Shown piece after piece: positions 34,277 through 59,450 of a stretch of 64,000 bases of DNA. The notes beneath the pieces were generated by a model, which was not told the DNA's origin, searched no databases, and was given only the letters and a program-made list of their open reading frames with translations. The stretch lies in the NCBI RefSeq assembly GCF_020745735.1, contig NC_083433.1, positions 12,783,363 to 12,847,362 on the forward strand, in the 5' to 3' direction. How positions within the stretch are numbered: the stretch's first letter is position 1; every line of letters begins with the position of its first letter. The translations under genes were made by a program, and so were the position numbers. The stretch comes from Hemiscyllium ocellatum (taxonomy: Eukaryota).

Positions 34277-34470
34277 CTTTTATTTATACTTCAGGCGCAA
34301 GCCCTCATTTTATTCTGCAGGAAATGACATCATCAGTCATCATCAATCACTCTTGTTAATCTATCGATCAGCTGCCATGTCCAATCAGCACAGAATGGGA
34401 ATTGGATTCAGAAGCCAATCAGAATTGACAATGAGTCGATGATGGAATTGCGGATTGGCCTTTGACCTTT
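34277..34470 (-). promoter_or_regulatory. Proximal promoter of copy 4
   Basis: TATA, GGAAATGACATCA, E-box CAGCTG (34369-34374), CCAAT boxes, DR1-like 34456-34468. Confidence 0.65.
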
Positions 34471-37400
34471 TGCACAAGTGCAAATTCTGTAAGTGTATCT
34501 ACCTGAAAATGAGAATAAAACATACTCTAAAACTTTGCTAATGCGTCTGAGGTTGTGTATTAAGAAATGCTCAACACAGATTTGCAGAATTCTGTTAGTT
34601 TGTTACTCTGAAGGATTTGTCCTCCTACCTTTTGAATGACAGTGTTGGGAATCCATCAAAAAATATCCATTGACATTAAACATTTACCTATTGATTGATA
34701 GTGGCAGAGATAAAGTGCTTTTGGATCATCTAGTGCAGGCAACTGATGTACTTTGTGGATCCTTTCTGAATCTGCTGTGATCTCTTTGACTTTAGGTCTC
34801 AGGAAGCCCAGTTTAAAACCAAAACACTAAATGTGCTGAGTGTGTCAGCCATGTAGTAGGCCTCAGGCCTCCATGTTTAAATTGTTGTTAGAAACATATT
34901 GCATGTTCGACTTTTCTATCTCCATCTTTAGTTTTTAATTGTTTCAAGATGAACTGGCCCTCAACTCAAGGATGTTTCCAAAAGTGGGAAAGTTTGGTTC
35001 TGTTTACATTGCATTCTGTAGAACGTACAGCTCAGAAACTGGCCTCCCAGCTCAACATGGTCCATACCCACAGCGATATGGACATGAGGGTCTCTCAACC
35101 TAAAGTTGAATGTGTTGAACTGAGCAGCCTCCAGTGGAATGGTGAGCTGTGAGAGGTTGCAATCTAGCCCAATCTTGTCGAAATGAGTAACAAGTTTGAA
35201 TATTATACACATAACCACGGTCAGAGGTCAACCCTGATAAATATTCACGGCGATGAGAGTAAGTCAGAGGCTGGGAATTCTGTTGTGAATTTCTCAACTC
35301 CTGACTTTCCAAAGCCTCTCCACCATCTACAAGACCAAAGTTAGGAAACGTGATGGGATACTTTCCAATCTTCTGTCTGAATACAGCCCCAAGAACACTG
35401 ACGGAGCCCCAGGGAAATCTCTCACCATACTGAGTTGGAACAATATCACTGTTTCTGAATCCAAGTCCCGGACGCCCCCCCTCAGCAGCAGCAGCAGCAG
35501 CAGCATCTGGTCACTCCCACACCAGGTGGGCTGTAATAACCAGCTCATCACCACCTCCTGAAGGGGAACTGCGGCTGGGCACGAAACGGAGCCTTCTGAT
35601 TGGCACACTGACGATAGACCGAATAAAAATCACCCTGTGACGGGGTGGGGGGGTGTCCAACACTAGAGGGGCATAGGCTTAAGGTGAGAGGGGAAAGATT
35701 AAAAATAGGGATGTGAGGGGCAACATTTTCAGAGAGAGTGTGCTGCGTTCATGGAACGAGCTGCCAGAGGAAGTGCTGGAGGTGGGTACAATTACATTTG
35801 TCGAGCATTTGAAGGGAAGGCTTTGAGAGGGATGGGGCCAAATGCAAGGAAGTAGAACTAGTTCAGTTTTGAAAACCCTGTCAGTATGGATAGATTGGGA
35901 CAAAGGGTCTGCTCCTGTGATGTATGACTCTAATACGTATACAACAGCATGTTCCTTTAGGGTGGCACAGTGGTTAGCACTGCTGCCTCATAGCACCAGG
36001 GACCGGAGTTTGATTCCAGCCTTGGGTAAGTGTCTGTGTGAAGTTTGCATGTTCACCCCATGTTTGTGTGGGTTTCCTGAGTGCTCTAGTTTCCTCCCAC
36101 AGACCAACGGTACAGGTTTGGTGAATTAGCCATGGGAAATGTAGGTTTATGGGAAAATGGTATGGGTCTGAGGATCATGCTGTTCAACTCAAATAGCCTC
36201 TTCCCACACTGTATGGAGTCTGTTAGCATGACTTAAGATTGACTACAATGAAAGGATTTATGTGGTGGCTTGAATTCGTTAAATGCCTTAAAGCCACCCC
36301 CCACCTACACTGAAGGTTGCAGTATGCACTAGCTACAAAATTCACTGAAACAATCACCAGGATGTCGCTAACAGCCCCCTCCCTAACCTCCGATCCCTGA
36401 AACCTTGAAAGATAAATGAAACAGCTGTAGAGGAGAGTCAGCATCTCCAGGTTTCCTTTCAGAAGGACAGCACTCCCCACCTTGGAGAGAAATCGCTGCT
36501 CTTTCAACATCACTGGGTCAAATCAAACTGCATCAGGAGAATCCTTCAGCACATGGGAAGCTGGGAGGAAGCTCGGATCAGCTTGGACTGCAAACTGCTG
36601 ACTTTAGCAGCAAGAGTAAATCAGATGGAAGCATCTAACCTCAAGCATTGCTGTTATTCCCAGATCACAGTCATCCTGCTCATTTCAGCTGTAGATAGCA
36701 ATGAGAACGTTTGTATTAATCCAATGCAGCTCAAGAGAATTCCTTGTGCCGACTCTCTGGAATGTGTCTGCCGGGACTGTTTGCAGTGAATTTTCCCAAC
36801 TTTGGGCCGGCAGGCTTGAAGTTTATTGAAAGGCTGGGAGTGCATCCTCTGCTAGGGAGGGAAGGACAATGGAACATCACTGCTATTTTTGGGAAAGAAA
36901 CCCCAGTGCAGATCAACTCCTGGCTGAGAGAGTGGGTATTTCATCAAGGTTCCCAGCAGGAGAGAAAAAAAGTGAACTGGTCAGTGTGCCCAGCTGCTAG
37001 TGGCTTTAAACAAGGCAAGGGGTGAAAAAGCACAGGCCCCTGTGCTGGTCCTGTTTTGACCTCCAACTGGCTCCTGAGGCCAGAGGAGAGGGAAAGAAAA
37101 TGGCACTGTTTAGAATATCCTGGTTACATTAGAGACCCAATGGGAAGCTAGACCAGGCAAGTTGAGGTCATATCATTCCCAGGTTATTGGGTTCCTCTGG
37201 CTGGGTAGAGACTAGAGCCTGATGGACCTCAATCAAGGCTAACAGAAAGATGCTAACAGATCCAGTCATCCAGATCATGTAGTTTGACTCCAAATTGTTG
37301 AGTAGTGCTAAAGAGAATAAAGACATTGATGTGGAGGTGAACATTTGATAGGCAAATCTGGAAGAGAACATGGACTCGAAGATGGGGATGTCTTGAACTG

Positions 37401-37901
37401 ACCTTTTGAAAGAGGTATGAAAAACTTCCTTGCAGTTTACAAATTGTGCTCAGATCTAGATGAGTGTAATTCTTGGACAAGAGAATTATTAAAAAGGTTT
37501 TAAACTCCAGACTGCAACTCCCAACCTCATTCTAGGACAGGATAGCTTGAATTTATAGCCATTACAATTCCATTTAGTTATTCCTGTCCAATGGGGTGCA
37601 GGGCAAAAGAGAAGAGACATCTAGTGAGGGGTTTTAGTCCACGGATGTGATGAGCCAAATTGCAGAATGATTACTGGCTTCAAGCTCACCAGAGATCACA
37701 AACAAAATCAAGTGAAGGATCAGTGATCTGAATGATGGACAATAAGCAAGATCAATAGAAGATTTTATTCATTTCCATTTCAGGTGGTACAGCCATTACA
37801 TTCTTGCCAACATGCTCCTTCTCCCTGGGTGGGGGAAGCCAGATTGTCCAAGTGAAGTCAGTAATGCATTCAGACAAAAGCCAACAGTCCCCCAGGCCCC
37901 A

Positions 37902-41710
<3,809 letters not shown>

Positions 41711-41776
41711 TTTGTGATGAATACTATACTACTTACCTACCCAAGCCAACTACCTAAATCATCACTCTCTTTGGAC

Positions 41777-41965
41777 TTTTATTTATACTCCAGGAACAGA
41801 CCCTCATTATATTAAGCAGGAAGTGACATCATCAGTGATGGCCAATCACTCTTGCTAATCAATCAGCTGTCATGTCCAATCAGCGCAGAATGGGAATTTG
41901 ATCCCGAAGACAACCAGAATTCACAACTGGTTAATGATGGAATTGCTGATTGACCTTTGACCTCT
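41777..41965 (-). promoter_or_regulatory. Proximal promoter of copy 5
   Basis: TATA 41777-41787, GGAAGTGACATCA near 41819-41831, CCAAT at 41842 and 41876, E-box 41864-41869, perfect DR1 TGACCTTTGACCT at 41951-41963. Confidence 0.7.
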
Positions 41966-43578
41966 GACACAAGTTCAAATTCTCTAAGTGTATCTACCTG
42001 AAAATGAGAATAAAACATGCTCTGAAACTTCGCCATTGTATCTGAGGTTGTGTATTAAGACATACAGATTTGCAGAATTCTGTTAGTTTGTTACTCTGAG
42101 GAATTTGTCTCCCTACCTTTTGAATGACAGTGTTGGGAGTCCATTGAAAAATGGCTAGATTTTATTGAAATTACGTATTTGCATATTGATTGACAGTAAC
42201 AGAAATAAAGTGCTGTTGGATCATCTAGTGCAGGCAACTGATGAACTTTGTGGATCCATTCTGAATCTGCTGTGATCTCCTTGACCTTAGGTCTCAGGAA
42301 GCCCAGTATGAAAATAAAAACATTAACTGTGCTGAGAGATTGAATAGAGTGCCATGCGGTAGGCCTCAGGCCTTCATTTCTAAATTGCTGTTAGAAACTT
42401 ATTGCATGATCAACTTTTCTATCGTTACATTCAGTCTTTAATTATTTCAAGAACAGCTAACCCTCAACTCAAGCAGTTTCCAAGTGGGGAGATTCTGGTT
42501 CTGTTTACATTGCATTCTGTAAAATGTGCAGCTCAGAAACTGGCCTCCCAACTCAACATGGTCCATAGCCACAGCGATATGGACATGAGGGTCTCTCAAC
42601 ATAAAGTTGAATGTGTTGAACTGAGCAGCCTCCAGTGGAATGGTGGGCTGTGAGAGTTTGGGGATTGAAGGTCCCCACTCAATGTTAGGGTATGATCACA
42701 GCCTTGACGGATGGATTGGTGGAAGCAAGTTACTTTGACCCAATAACATTCTCAAATACCAGGTTGCAATCTAGCTCTATCTTGTCGGATTGAGTTACAA
42801 GTTTGAATATTATACATGGAACCACGGTCAGAGGTCAACCCTGATAAATATTCAAGGTGTTGAGAGTAAGTCAGAGGCTGGGAATTCTGTTGTGAATTTC
42901 TCAACTCCTGACTTTCTAAAGCCTCTCCACCATCTACAAGACCAAAGTTAGGAAAAGTGGTGGGATACTTTCCAATTTTTTGTCTGAATGCAGCCCCAAG
43001 AACACTGACGGAGCCCCAGGGAAATCTCTCACCATCCTGAGTTGGAACAATATTACCGTTTCTGAATCCAAGTCTCGGACGCCCCCCTTCAGCAGCAGCA
43101 GCAGCAGCATCTGGTCTCTCCCACACCAGGTGGGCTGTAATAACCAGCTCATCACCACCTCCTGAAGGGTAACTGCGGCTGGGCACGAAACGGAGCCTTC
43201 TGATTGGCACACTGACGATTGACCAATAAAAACCACCCTGTGACGGGGTAGGCTGTCCAACACTAGAGGGGCATAGGCTTAAGGTGAGCGGGGAAAGATT
43301 AAAAATAGGGACATGAGGGGCAACATTTTCAGAGAGAGGGTGCTGCTTATGTGGAAGGAGCTGCCGGAGGAAGTTGTGGAGGCGGGTACAATTATAACAT
43401 TTAAAAGACATTTGGACAGATACATGAATAGGAAAGTTTTAGAGGGATGTTGGCCATATACAGGCAAGTGGGTCTCGTTCAGTTGTGGAAATCTGGTCGG
43501 CATGGACAGGTTGGGCCAAAGGGTTTGCTTCTGTGATGCATGACTCTAATGGTGTGCAACAGCGTGTTTCTTTAGGGA

Positions 43579-43870
43579 GGCACGGTGGCTCAGTGGTTAG
43601 CACTGCTGCCTCACAGAGCCAGGGACCTGGGTTTAATTCCAGCCTCGGGTGACTATCTGTGTGGAGTTTGCATGTTCTCCCTGTGGCCGTGTGGGTTTCC
43701 TCTGAGTGCTCCAGTTTCCTCCCACAGTCCAAAGATGTGCAGGATTGGTGGATTGGCTATGGGAAATGCAGGGTTAAGGGGATTGGGTGGGTCTCCACAG
43801 GATGCTGTTCAGACCATTGGTGCAGACTCAATGGGCTGAATGGTCTCTTCCTGCTCTTTAGGGAGTCTGT
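43579..43870 (+). mobile_element. HE1/V-SINE-like element upstream of copy 5
   Basis: Best-preserved copy: GGCACGGTGGCTCAGTGGTTAGCACTGCTGCCTCACAG...CCTCCCACAGTCCAAAGATGTGCAGG. Confidence 0.85.
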
Positions 43871-45586
43871 CGGCATGACTGGATTGATTAAATTAAAAGG
43901 ATGTATGTAGTGGAATAAATATATCGACGGCCTTAAACACCCACCTCCTCTTTGAAGGCTGCAGTGTGTAATAGCTACAAAAATCACTGAAACAATTGCC
44001 AGGCTGTCTCCGACAGCCCCCTCCTTAACCCATAACCCCTGAAACCTTGAAAGATAAAGGAAACAGCTATACTGGTGTTAGCATCTCCAGGTTCCCTCTC
44101 CCAGTCACACCATGGTTTACACAGCAGTGTGACACCTGCTGGTTCAATTCCCATCACTGATTCAAGGTTACTATGAAGGAATCTCCTCAACCTCTTCCCT
44201 CACGTCAGGTCTGATGGCCCTCAGATTTAATCACCATCAGTTGCTTCTCGGTCTAATGAGAGCACAGCCCCAATGGTCTGGTAAGACAATGGCACCACAA
44301 CTCCCAACTTGGGCAGAAATCACTGCTCCTTCAACATCACTGGGTCAAGTCAAACTGCATCAGGAGAATCCTTCAGCCCATAGGAAGCTTTGATCAGCTT
44401 GGACTGCAAACATTAGCAGCAAGAATAAATCAAGATGGCAGCAACTAACCTTGACCTGTTGCTGTGTTATTCCCAGGGCATTGCCATCCTGCTCATTTCA
44501 GCTGTAGGTGGCAATGGAGAGTGTGTGCATTGTAATCTAATACAGCTCAGGAGAATTTGTTTGGCTGACAAGAATGCTTGGGGTCAATTTCCCCAGCTCT
44601 GGGCTGGCAGGCTTGAAGTTTATCCAAGTAGAGGAGTGGTACGAGCAGTGAGTCTGTATATAGGGAGGGACAGTAAATGGAGGGAAGCTATAGTGGGACT
44701 ATATTGCTACTTCTGTAATGGAGTTCTTCCCTGTGTGGAAGGGTTCCTTGATTCAACACCCATTCTAGCTCAACAGCAGTATGTTTGGCCAGTTTATCCT
44801 CCACTGCGTCAGACAATATGTTCACCTGCTCACAGCAGAGAGAAGGGGTGGTGATCACAGCTCCATAGGCTGGAGCTACAGGAAGAAAACAGCACCCTTT
44901 AGTATGGACTAGTCATGTCAGATTTCTAGTGGGAGCTGTACTAGACAAGTTGAGATCATATCATTCCCAGATTAGCCGGTTCCTCCAACTGGGCAAAACC
45001 AAGAGCCTGATGGACCTCACTCAAGGCCTATGGGAAGAGGTGAACACCTGGTGGGCAAATCTGGAAGTGATTGAGGAATCAAAAGCTGTGGAATGTCTAG
45101 ATTTGATCTTTAGATATTTCCTTTCACAAAGTTTGGTTGGGTACACCAGACTGCAATCCCCCATCCTAGTTTTGGACTGGGTTGGGGGGTGGGTGGTGCG
45201 GCTGGGAAGTGGGGGCAAGGTAGCTCAAAATTTGTCATCACTACACAACTTCATCTTGTAATCTTTGTTCAATTGGCTAGGGGTTGGTGGGTGAGGAAAG
45301 ATTAATAAAAATTTTACTCCAGTGGAGGTGAGGAGCCAAAAAAATTATAGAATGATTACTAGCATCAAGCCCTCCAGAGATAGTGAACAAATTAGAACAA
45401 AGGATCAGCGATCCTAATGATAGACAGTAAGGTCAAATCAATAGAAGATTTTATTCATTTCCATTCAGGTGGTACAGCCATTACATTCTTGCCAACATAC
45501 TCCTTCTCCCTGGGTGGGGGAAGCCAGATTGTCCAAGTGAAGTCAGTAATGCATTCAGACAAAAGCAGACAGTCCCCCATGCCCCA

Positions 45587-50039
<4,453 letters not shown>

Positions 50040-50141
50040 TTTGTAATGAATGTTGTGTTACCTCACTCCCTAAAACAATTCACAGCCCAACCACAAATTC
50101 AGCTTTAGCACCAACTATACCAAAACCATCACAACCGTTGG

Positions 50142-50340
50142 ACTTTTATTTATACTTCAGGCGCAAGCCCTCATTTTATTCTGCAGGAAATGACATCATC
50201 AGTCATCATCAATCACTCTTGTTAATCTATCGATCAGCTGCCATGTCCAATCAGCACAGAATGGGAATTGGATTCAGAAGCCAATCAGAATTGACAATGA
50301 GTCGATGATGGAATTGCGGATTGGCCTTTGACCTTTTGCA
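50142..50340 (-). promoter_or_regulatory. Proximal promoter of copy 6
   Basis: Essentially the same sequence as the copy 4 promoter. Confidence 0.65.
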
Positions 50341-53300
50341 CAAGTGCAAATTCTGTAAGTGTATCTACCTGAAAATGAGAATAAAACATACTCTAAAACT
50401 TTGCTAATGCGTCTGAGGTTGTGTATTAAGAAATGCTCAACACAGATTTGCAGAATTCCGTTAGTTTGTTACTCTGAGGGATTTGTCCTCCTACCTTTTG
50501 AATGACAGTGTTGGGAGTCCATCAAAAAATATCCATTGACATTAAACATTTGCCTATTGATTGATAGTGGCAGAGATAAAGTGCTTTTGGATCATCTAGT
50601 GCAGGCAACTGATGTACTTTGTGGATCCTTTCTGAATCTGCTGTGATCTCTTTGAACTTAGGTCTCAGGAAGCCCAGTTTAAAACCAAAACACTAAATGT
50701 GCTGAGTGTGTCAGCCATGTAGTAGGCCTCAGGCCTCCATGTTTAAATTGTTGTTAGAAACATATTGCATGTTCGACTTTTCTATCTCCATCTTTAGTTT
50801 TTAATTGTTTCAAGATGAACTGGCCCTCAACTCAAGGATGTTTCCAAAAGTGGGAAAGTTTGGTTCTGTTTACATTGCATTCTGTAGAACGTACAGCTCA
50901 GAAACTGGCCTCCCAGCTCAACATGGTCCATACCCACAGCGATATGGACATGAGGGTCTCTCAACCTAAAGTTGAATGTGTTGAACTGAGCAGCCTCCAG
51001 TGGAATGGTGGGCTGTGAGAGGTTGCAATCTAGCCCAATCTTGTCGAAATGAGTAACAAGTTTGAATATTATACACATAACCACGGTCAGAGGTCAACCC
51101 TGATAAACATTCACGGCGATGAGAGTAAGTCAGAGGCTGGGAATTCTGTTGTGAATTTCTCAACTCCTGACTTTCCAAAGCCTCTCCACCATCTACAAGA
51201 CCAAAGTTAGGAAACGTGATGGGATACTTTCCAATCTTCTGTCTGAATACAGCCCCAAGAACACTGACGGAGCCCCAGGGAAATCTCTCACCATACTGAG
51301 TTGGAACAATATCACTGTTTCTGAATCCAAGTCCCGGACGCCCCCCCTCAGCAGCAGCAGCAGCAGCAGCATCTGGTCACTCCCACACCAGGTGGGCTGT
51401 AATAACCAGCTCATCACCACCTCCTGAAGGGCAACTGCGGCTGGGCACGAAACGGAGCCTTCTGATTGGCACACTGACGATAGACCGAATAAAAATCACC
51501 CTGTGACGGGGTGAGGGGGTGTCCAACACTAGAGGGGCATAGGCTTAAGGTGAGAGGGGAAAGATTAAAAATAGGGATGTGAGGGGCAACATTTTCAGAG
51601 AGAGTGTGCTGCGTTCATGGAACGAGCTGCCAGAGGAAGTGCTGGAGGTGGGTACAATTACATTTGTCGAGCATTTGAAGGGAAGGCTTTGAGAGGGATG
51701 GGGCCAAATGCAAGGAAGTAGAACTAGTTCAGTTTTGAAAACCCTGTCAGCATGGATAGATTGGGACAAAGGGTCTGCTCCTGTGATGTATGACTCTAAT
51801 ACGTATACAACAGCATGTTCCTTTAGGGTGGCACAGTGGTTAGCACTGCTGCCTCATAGCACCAGGGACCGGAGTTTGATTCCAGCCTTGGGTAAGTGTC
51901 TGTGTGAAGTTTGCATGTTCACCCCATGTTTGTGTGGGTTTCCTGAGTGCTCTAGTTTCCTCCCACAGACCAACGGTACAGGTTTGGTGAATTAGCCATG
52001 GGAAATGTAGGTTTATGGGAAAATGATATGGGTCTGAGGATCATGCTGTTCAACTCAAATAGCCTCTTCCCACACTGTATGGAGTCTGTTAGCATGACTT
52101 AAGATTGACTACAATGAAAGGATTTATGTGGTGGCTTGAATTCGTTAAATGCCTTAAAGCCACCCCCCACCTACACTGAAGGTTGCAGTATGCACTAGCT
52201 ACAAAATTCACTGAAACAATCACCAGGATGTCGCTAACAGCCCCCTCCCTAACCTCCGATCCCTGAAACCTTGAAAGATAAATGAAACAGCTGTAGAGGA
52301 GAGTCAGCATCTCCAGGTTTCCTTTCAGAAGGACAGCACTCCCCACCTTGGAGAGAAATCGCTGCTCTTTCAACATCACTGGGTCAAATCAAACTGCATC
52401 AGGAGAATTCTTCAGCACATGGGAAGCTGGGAGGAAGCTCGGATCAGCTTGGACTGCAAACTTTAGCAGCAAGAGTAAATCAGATGGAAGCATCTAACCT
52501 CAAGCATTGCTGTTATTCCCAGATCACAGTCATCCTGCCCATTTCAGCTGTAGATAGCAATGAGAACATTTGTATTAATCCAATGCAGCTCAAGAGAATT
52601 CCTTGTGCCGACTCTCTGGAATGTGTCTGCCGGGACTGTTTGCAGTGAATTTTCCCAACTTTGGGCCGGCAGGCTTGAAGTTTATTGAAAGGCTGGGAGT
52701 GCATCCTCTGCTAGGGAGGGAAGGACAATGGAACATCACTGCTATTTTTGGGAAAGAAACCCCAGTGCAGATCAACTCCTGGCTGAGAGAGTGGGTATTT
52801 AGTCAAGGTTCCCAGCAGGAGAGAGAAAAAAAAAAGTGAACTGGTCAGTGTGCCCAGCTGCTAGTGGCTTTAAACAAGGCAAGGGGTGAAAAAGCACAGG
52901 CCCCTGTGCTGGTCCTGTTTTGACCTCCAACTGGCTCCTGAGGCCAGAGGAGAGGGAAAGAAAATGGCACTGTTTAGAATATCCTGGTTACATTAGAGAC
53001 CCAATGGGAAGCTAGACCAGGCAAGTTGAGGTCATATCATTCCCAGGTTATTGGGTTCCTCAGTCTGGGTAGAGACTAGAGCCTGATGGACCTCAATCAA
53101 GGCTAACAGCAAGATGCTAACAGATCCAGTCATCCAGATCATGGAGTTTGACTCCAAATTGTTGAGTACTGCTGAAGAGAATAAAGACATTGATGTTGAG
53201 GTGAACATTTGATAGGCAAATCTGGAAGAGAACATGGAATCAAAGATGGGGATGTCTTGAACTGACCTTTGAAAGGAAAGGAATGAAAACTTCCTCGCAG

Positions 53301-53764
53301 TTTACAATTGTGCTCAGATCTAGATGAGTGTAATTCTTGGACAAGAGAGTTATTAGAAGGTTTTAAACTCCAGACTGCAACTCCCAACCTCATTCTAGGA
53401 CAGGATAGCTTGAATTTATAGCCATTACAATTCCATTTAGTTATTCCTGTCCAATGGGGTGCAGGGCAAAAGAGAAGAGACATCTAGTGAGGGGTTTTAG
53501 TCCACTGATGTGATGAGCCATATTGCAGAATGAATACTGGCATCAAGCTCACCAGAGATCACAAACAAATTCAAGTGAAGGATCAGTGATCTGAATGATG
53601 GACAGTAAGCAAGATCAATACAAGGTTTTATTCATTTCCATTTCAGGTGGTACAGCCATTACATTCTTGCCAACATGCTCCTTCTCCCTGGGTGGGGGAA
53701 GCCAGATTGTCCAAGTGAAGTCAGTAATGCATTCAGACAAAAGCAGACAGTCCCCCATGCTCCA

Positions 53765-57575
<3,811 letters not shown>

Positions 57576-57640
57576 TTTGTGATGAATACTATACTGCTTA
57601 CCTACCCAAGCCAACCACCTAAATCATCACTCTCTTTGGA

Positions 57641-57830
57641 CTTTTATTTATACTCCAGGAACAGACCCTCATTATATTAAGCAGGAAGTGACATCATCAG
57701 TGACGGCCAATCACTCTTGCTAATCAATCAGCTGTCATGTCCAATCAGCGCAGAATGGGAATTGGATCCAGAAGACAATCAGAATTCACAACTGGTTAAT
57801 GATGGAATTGCTGATTGACCTTTGACCTCT
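57641..57830 (-). promoter_or_regulatory. Proximal promoter of copy 7
   Basis: TATA, GGAAGTGACATCA, CCAAT boxes, perfect DR1 at 57816-57828. Confidence 0.7.
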
Positions 57831-58954
57831 GACACAAGTTCAAATTCTCTAAGGGTATCTACCTGAAAATGAGAATAAAACATGCTCTGAAACTACGCAA
57901 TTGTATCCGAGGTTGTGTATTAAGACATACAGATTTGTAGAATTCTGTTAGTTTGTTACTCTGAGGAATTTGTCTTCCTACCTTTTGAATGACAGTGTTG
58001 GGAGTCCATTGAAAAATGGCTAGATTTTATTGAAATTACGTATTTGCATATTGATTGACAGTAACAGAAATAAAGTGCTGTTGGATCATCTAGTGCAGGC
58101 AACTGATATACTTTGTGGATCCATTCTGAATCTGCTGTGATCTCTTTGACCTTAGGTCTCAGGAAGTCCAGTATGAAAATAAAAACACTAAATGTGCTGA
58201 CAGATTGAATAGAGTGCCATGCGGTAGGCCTCAGGCCTTCATTTCTAAATTGCTGTTAGAAACTTATTGCATGATCAACTTTTCTATCGTTACATTCAGT
58301 CTTTAATTGTTTCAAGAACAGCTAACCCTCAACTCAAGCAGTTTCCAAGTGGGGAGATTCTGGTTCTGTTTACATTGCATTCTGTAAAATGTGCAGCTCA
58401 GAAACTGGCCTCCCAGCTCAACATGGTCCATAGCCACAGCGATATGGACATGAGGGTCTCTCAACCTAATGTTGAATGTGTTGAACTGAGCAGCCTCCAG
58501 TGGAATGGTGGGCTGTGAGAGTTTGGGGATTGAAGGTCCCCACTCAATGTTAGGGTATGATCACAGCCTTGACGGATGGATTGGTGGAAGCAAGTTACTT
58601 TGACCCAATAACTTTCTCAAATACCAGGTTACCATCTAGCCTTATCGTTTCGGATTGAGTTACAAGTTTGAATATTATACATGGAACCACGGTCAGAGGT
58701 CAACCCTGATAAATATTCATGGTGATGAGAGTAAGTCAGAGGCTGGGAATTCTGTTGTGCATTTCTCAACTCCTGACTTTCCAAAGCCTCTCCACCATCT
58801 ACAAGACCAAAGTTAGGAAAAGTGTTGGGATACATTCCAATTTTCTGGCTGAATACAGCCCCAAGAACACTGACGGAGTCCTTGGGAAATCTCTCACCAT
58901 CCTGAGTTGGAACAATATCACTGTTTCTGAATCCAAGTCCCGGACGCCCCCCCT

Positions 58955-58990
<36 letters not shown>
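58955..58990. repeat. (CAG)12 microsatellite; paralogous (CAG)6-7 at 7907, 35483, 43090, 51349
   Basis: Counted directly. Confidence 0.95.
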
Positions 58991-58993
<3 letters not shown>

Positions 58994-59450
58994 CTGGTCT
59001 CTCCCACACCAGGTGGGCTGTAATAACCAGCTCATCACCACCTCCTGAAGGGTAACTGCGGCTGGGCACGAAACGCAGCGTTCTGATTGGCACACTGAAG
59101 ATTGACCAACAAAAACACCCTGTGACGGGGTGGGGGTGTGCAACACTAGAGGGCTTAAGGTGAGAGGGGAAAGATTAAAAATAGGGATGTGAGGGGCAAC
59201 CTTTCCAGCGATAGTGTGCTTTCTACATGGAATGAGCTGCCAGTGTTGGAGGCGGGTACAATTACAACATTTAAAAGATGTTTGGACAGATACGTGAATG
59301 GGAAGGTTTTAGATGGATGTCGAGCATATGAAGGCAAGTGGGACTCATTTAATTTTGGAAATCTGGTTGGCATGGACAGGTTGGACTGAAGGGTTTGTTT
59401 CTGTGATGGATGACTCTATGACTCTAATGTTGTGCAACATGTTCCTTCAG

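Noticed and set aside
57576-57614. N-terminal extension [13 protein letters not shown] on copy 7 (possible targeting peptide)
   Set aside because: It starts at TTG, is not hydrophobic and is not conserved in other copies. No signal or mitochondrial peptide is evident in any copy.
58629-59146. ORFs with poly-Ala, poly-Leu or poly-Ser tracts (also near 35327, 42752, 51193)
   Set aside because: They are readings of the CAG microsatellite within decayed LINE sequence, and the frames are not preserved between paralogues.
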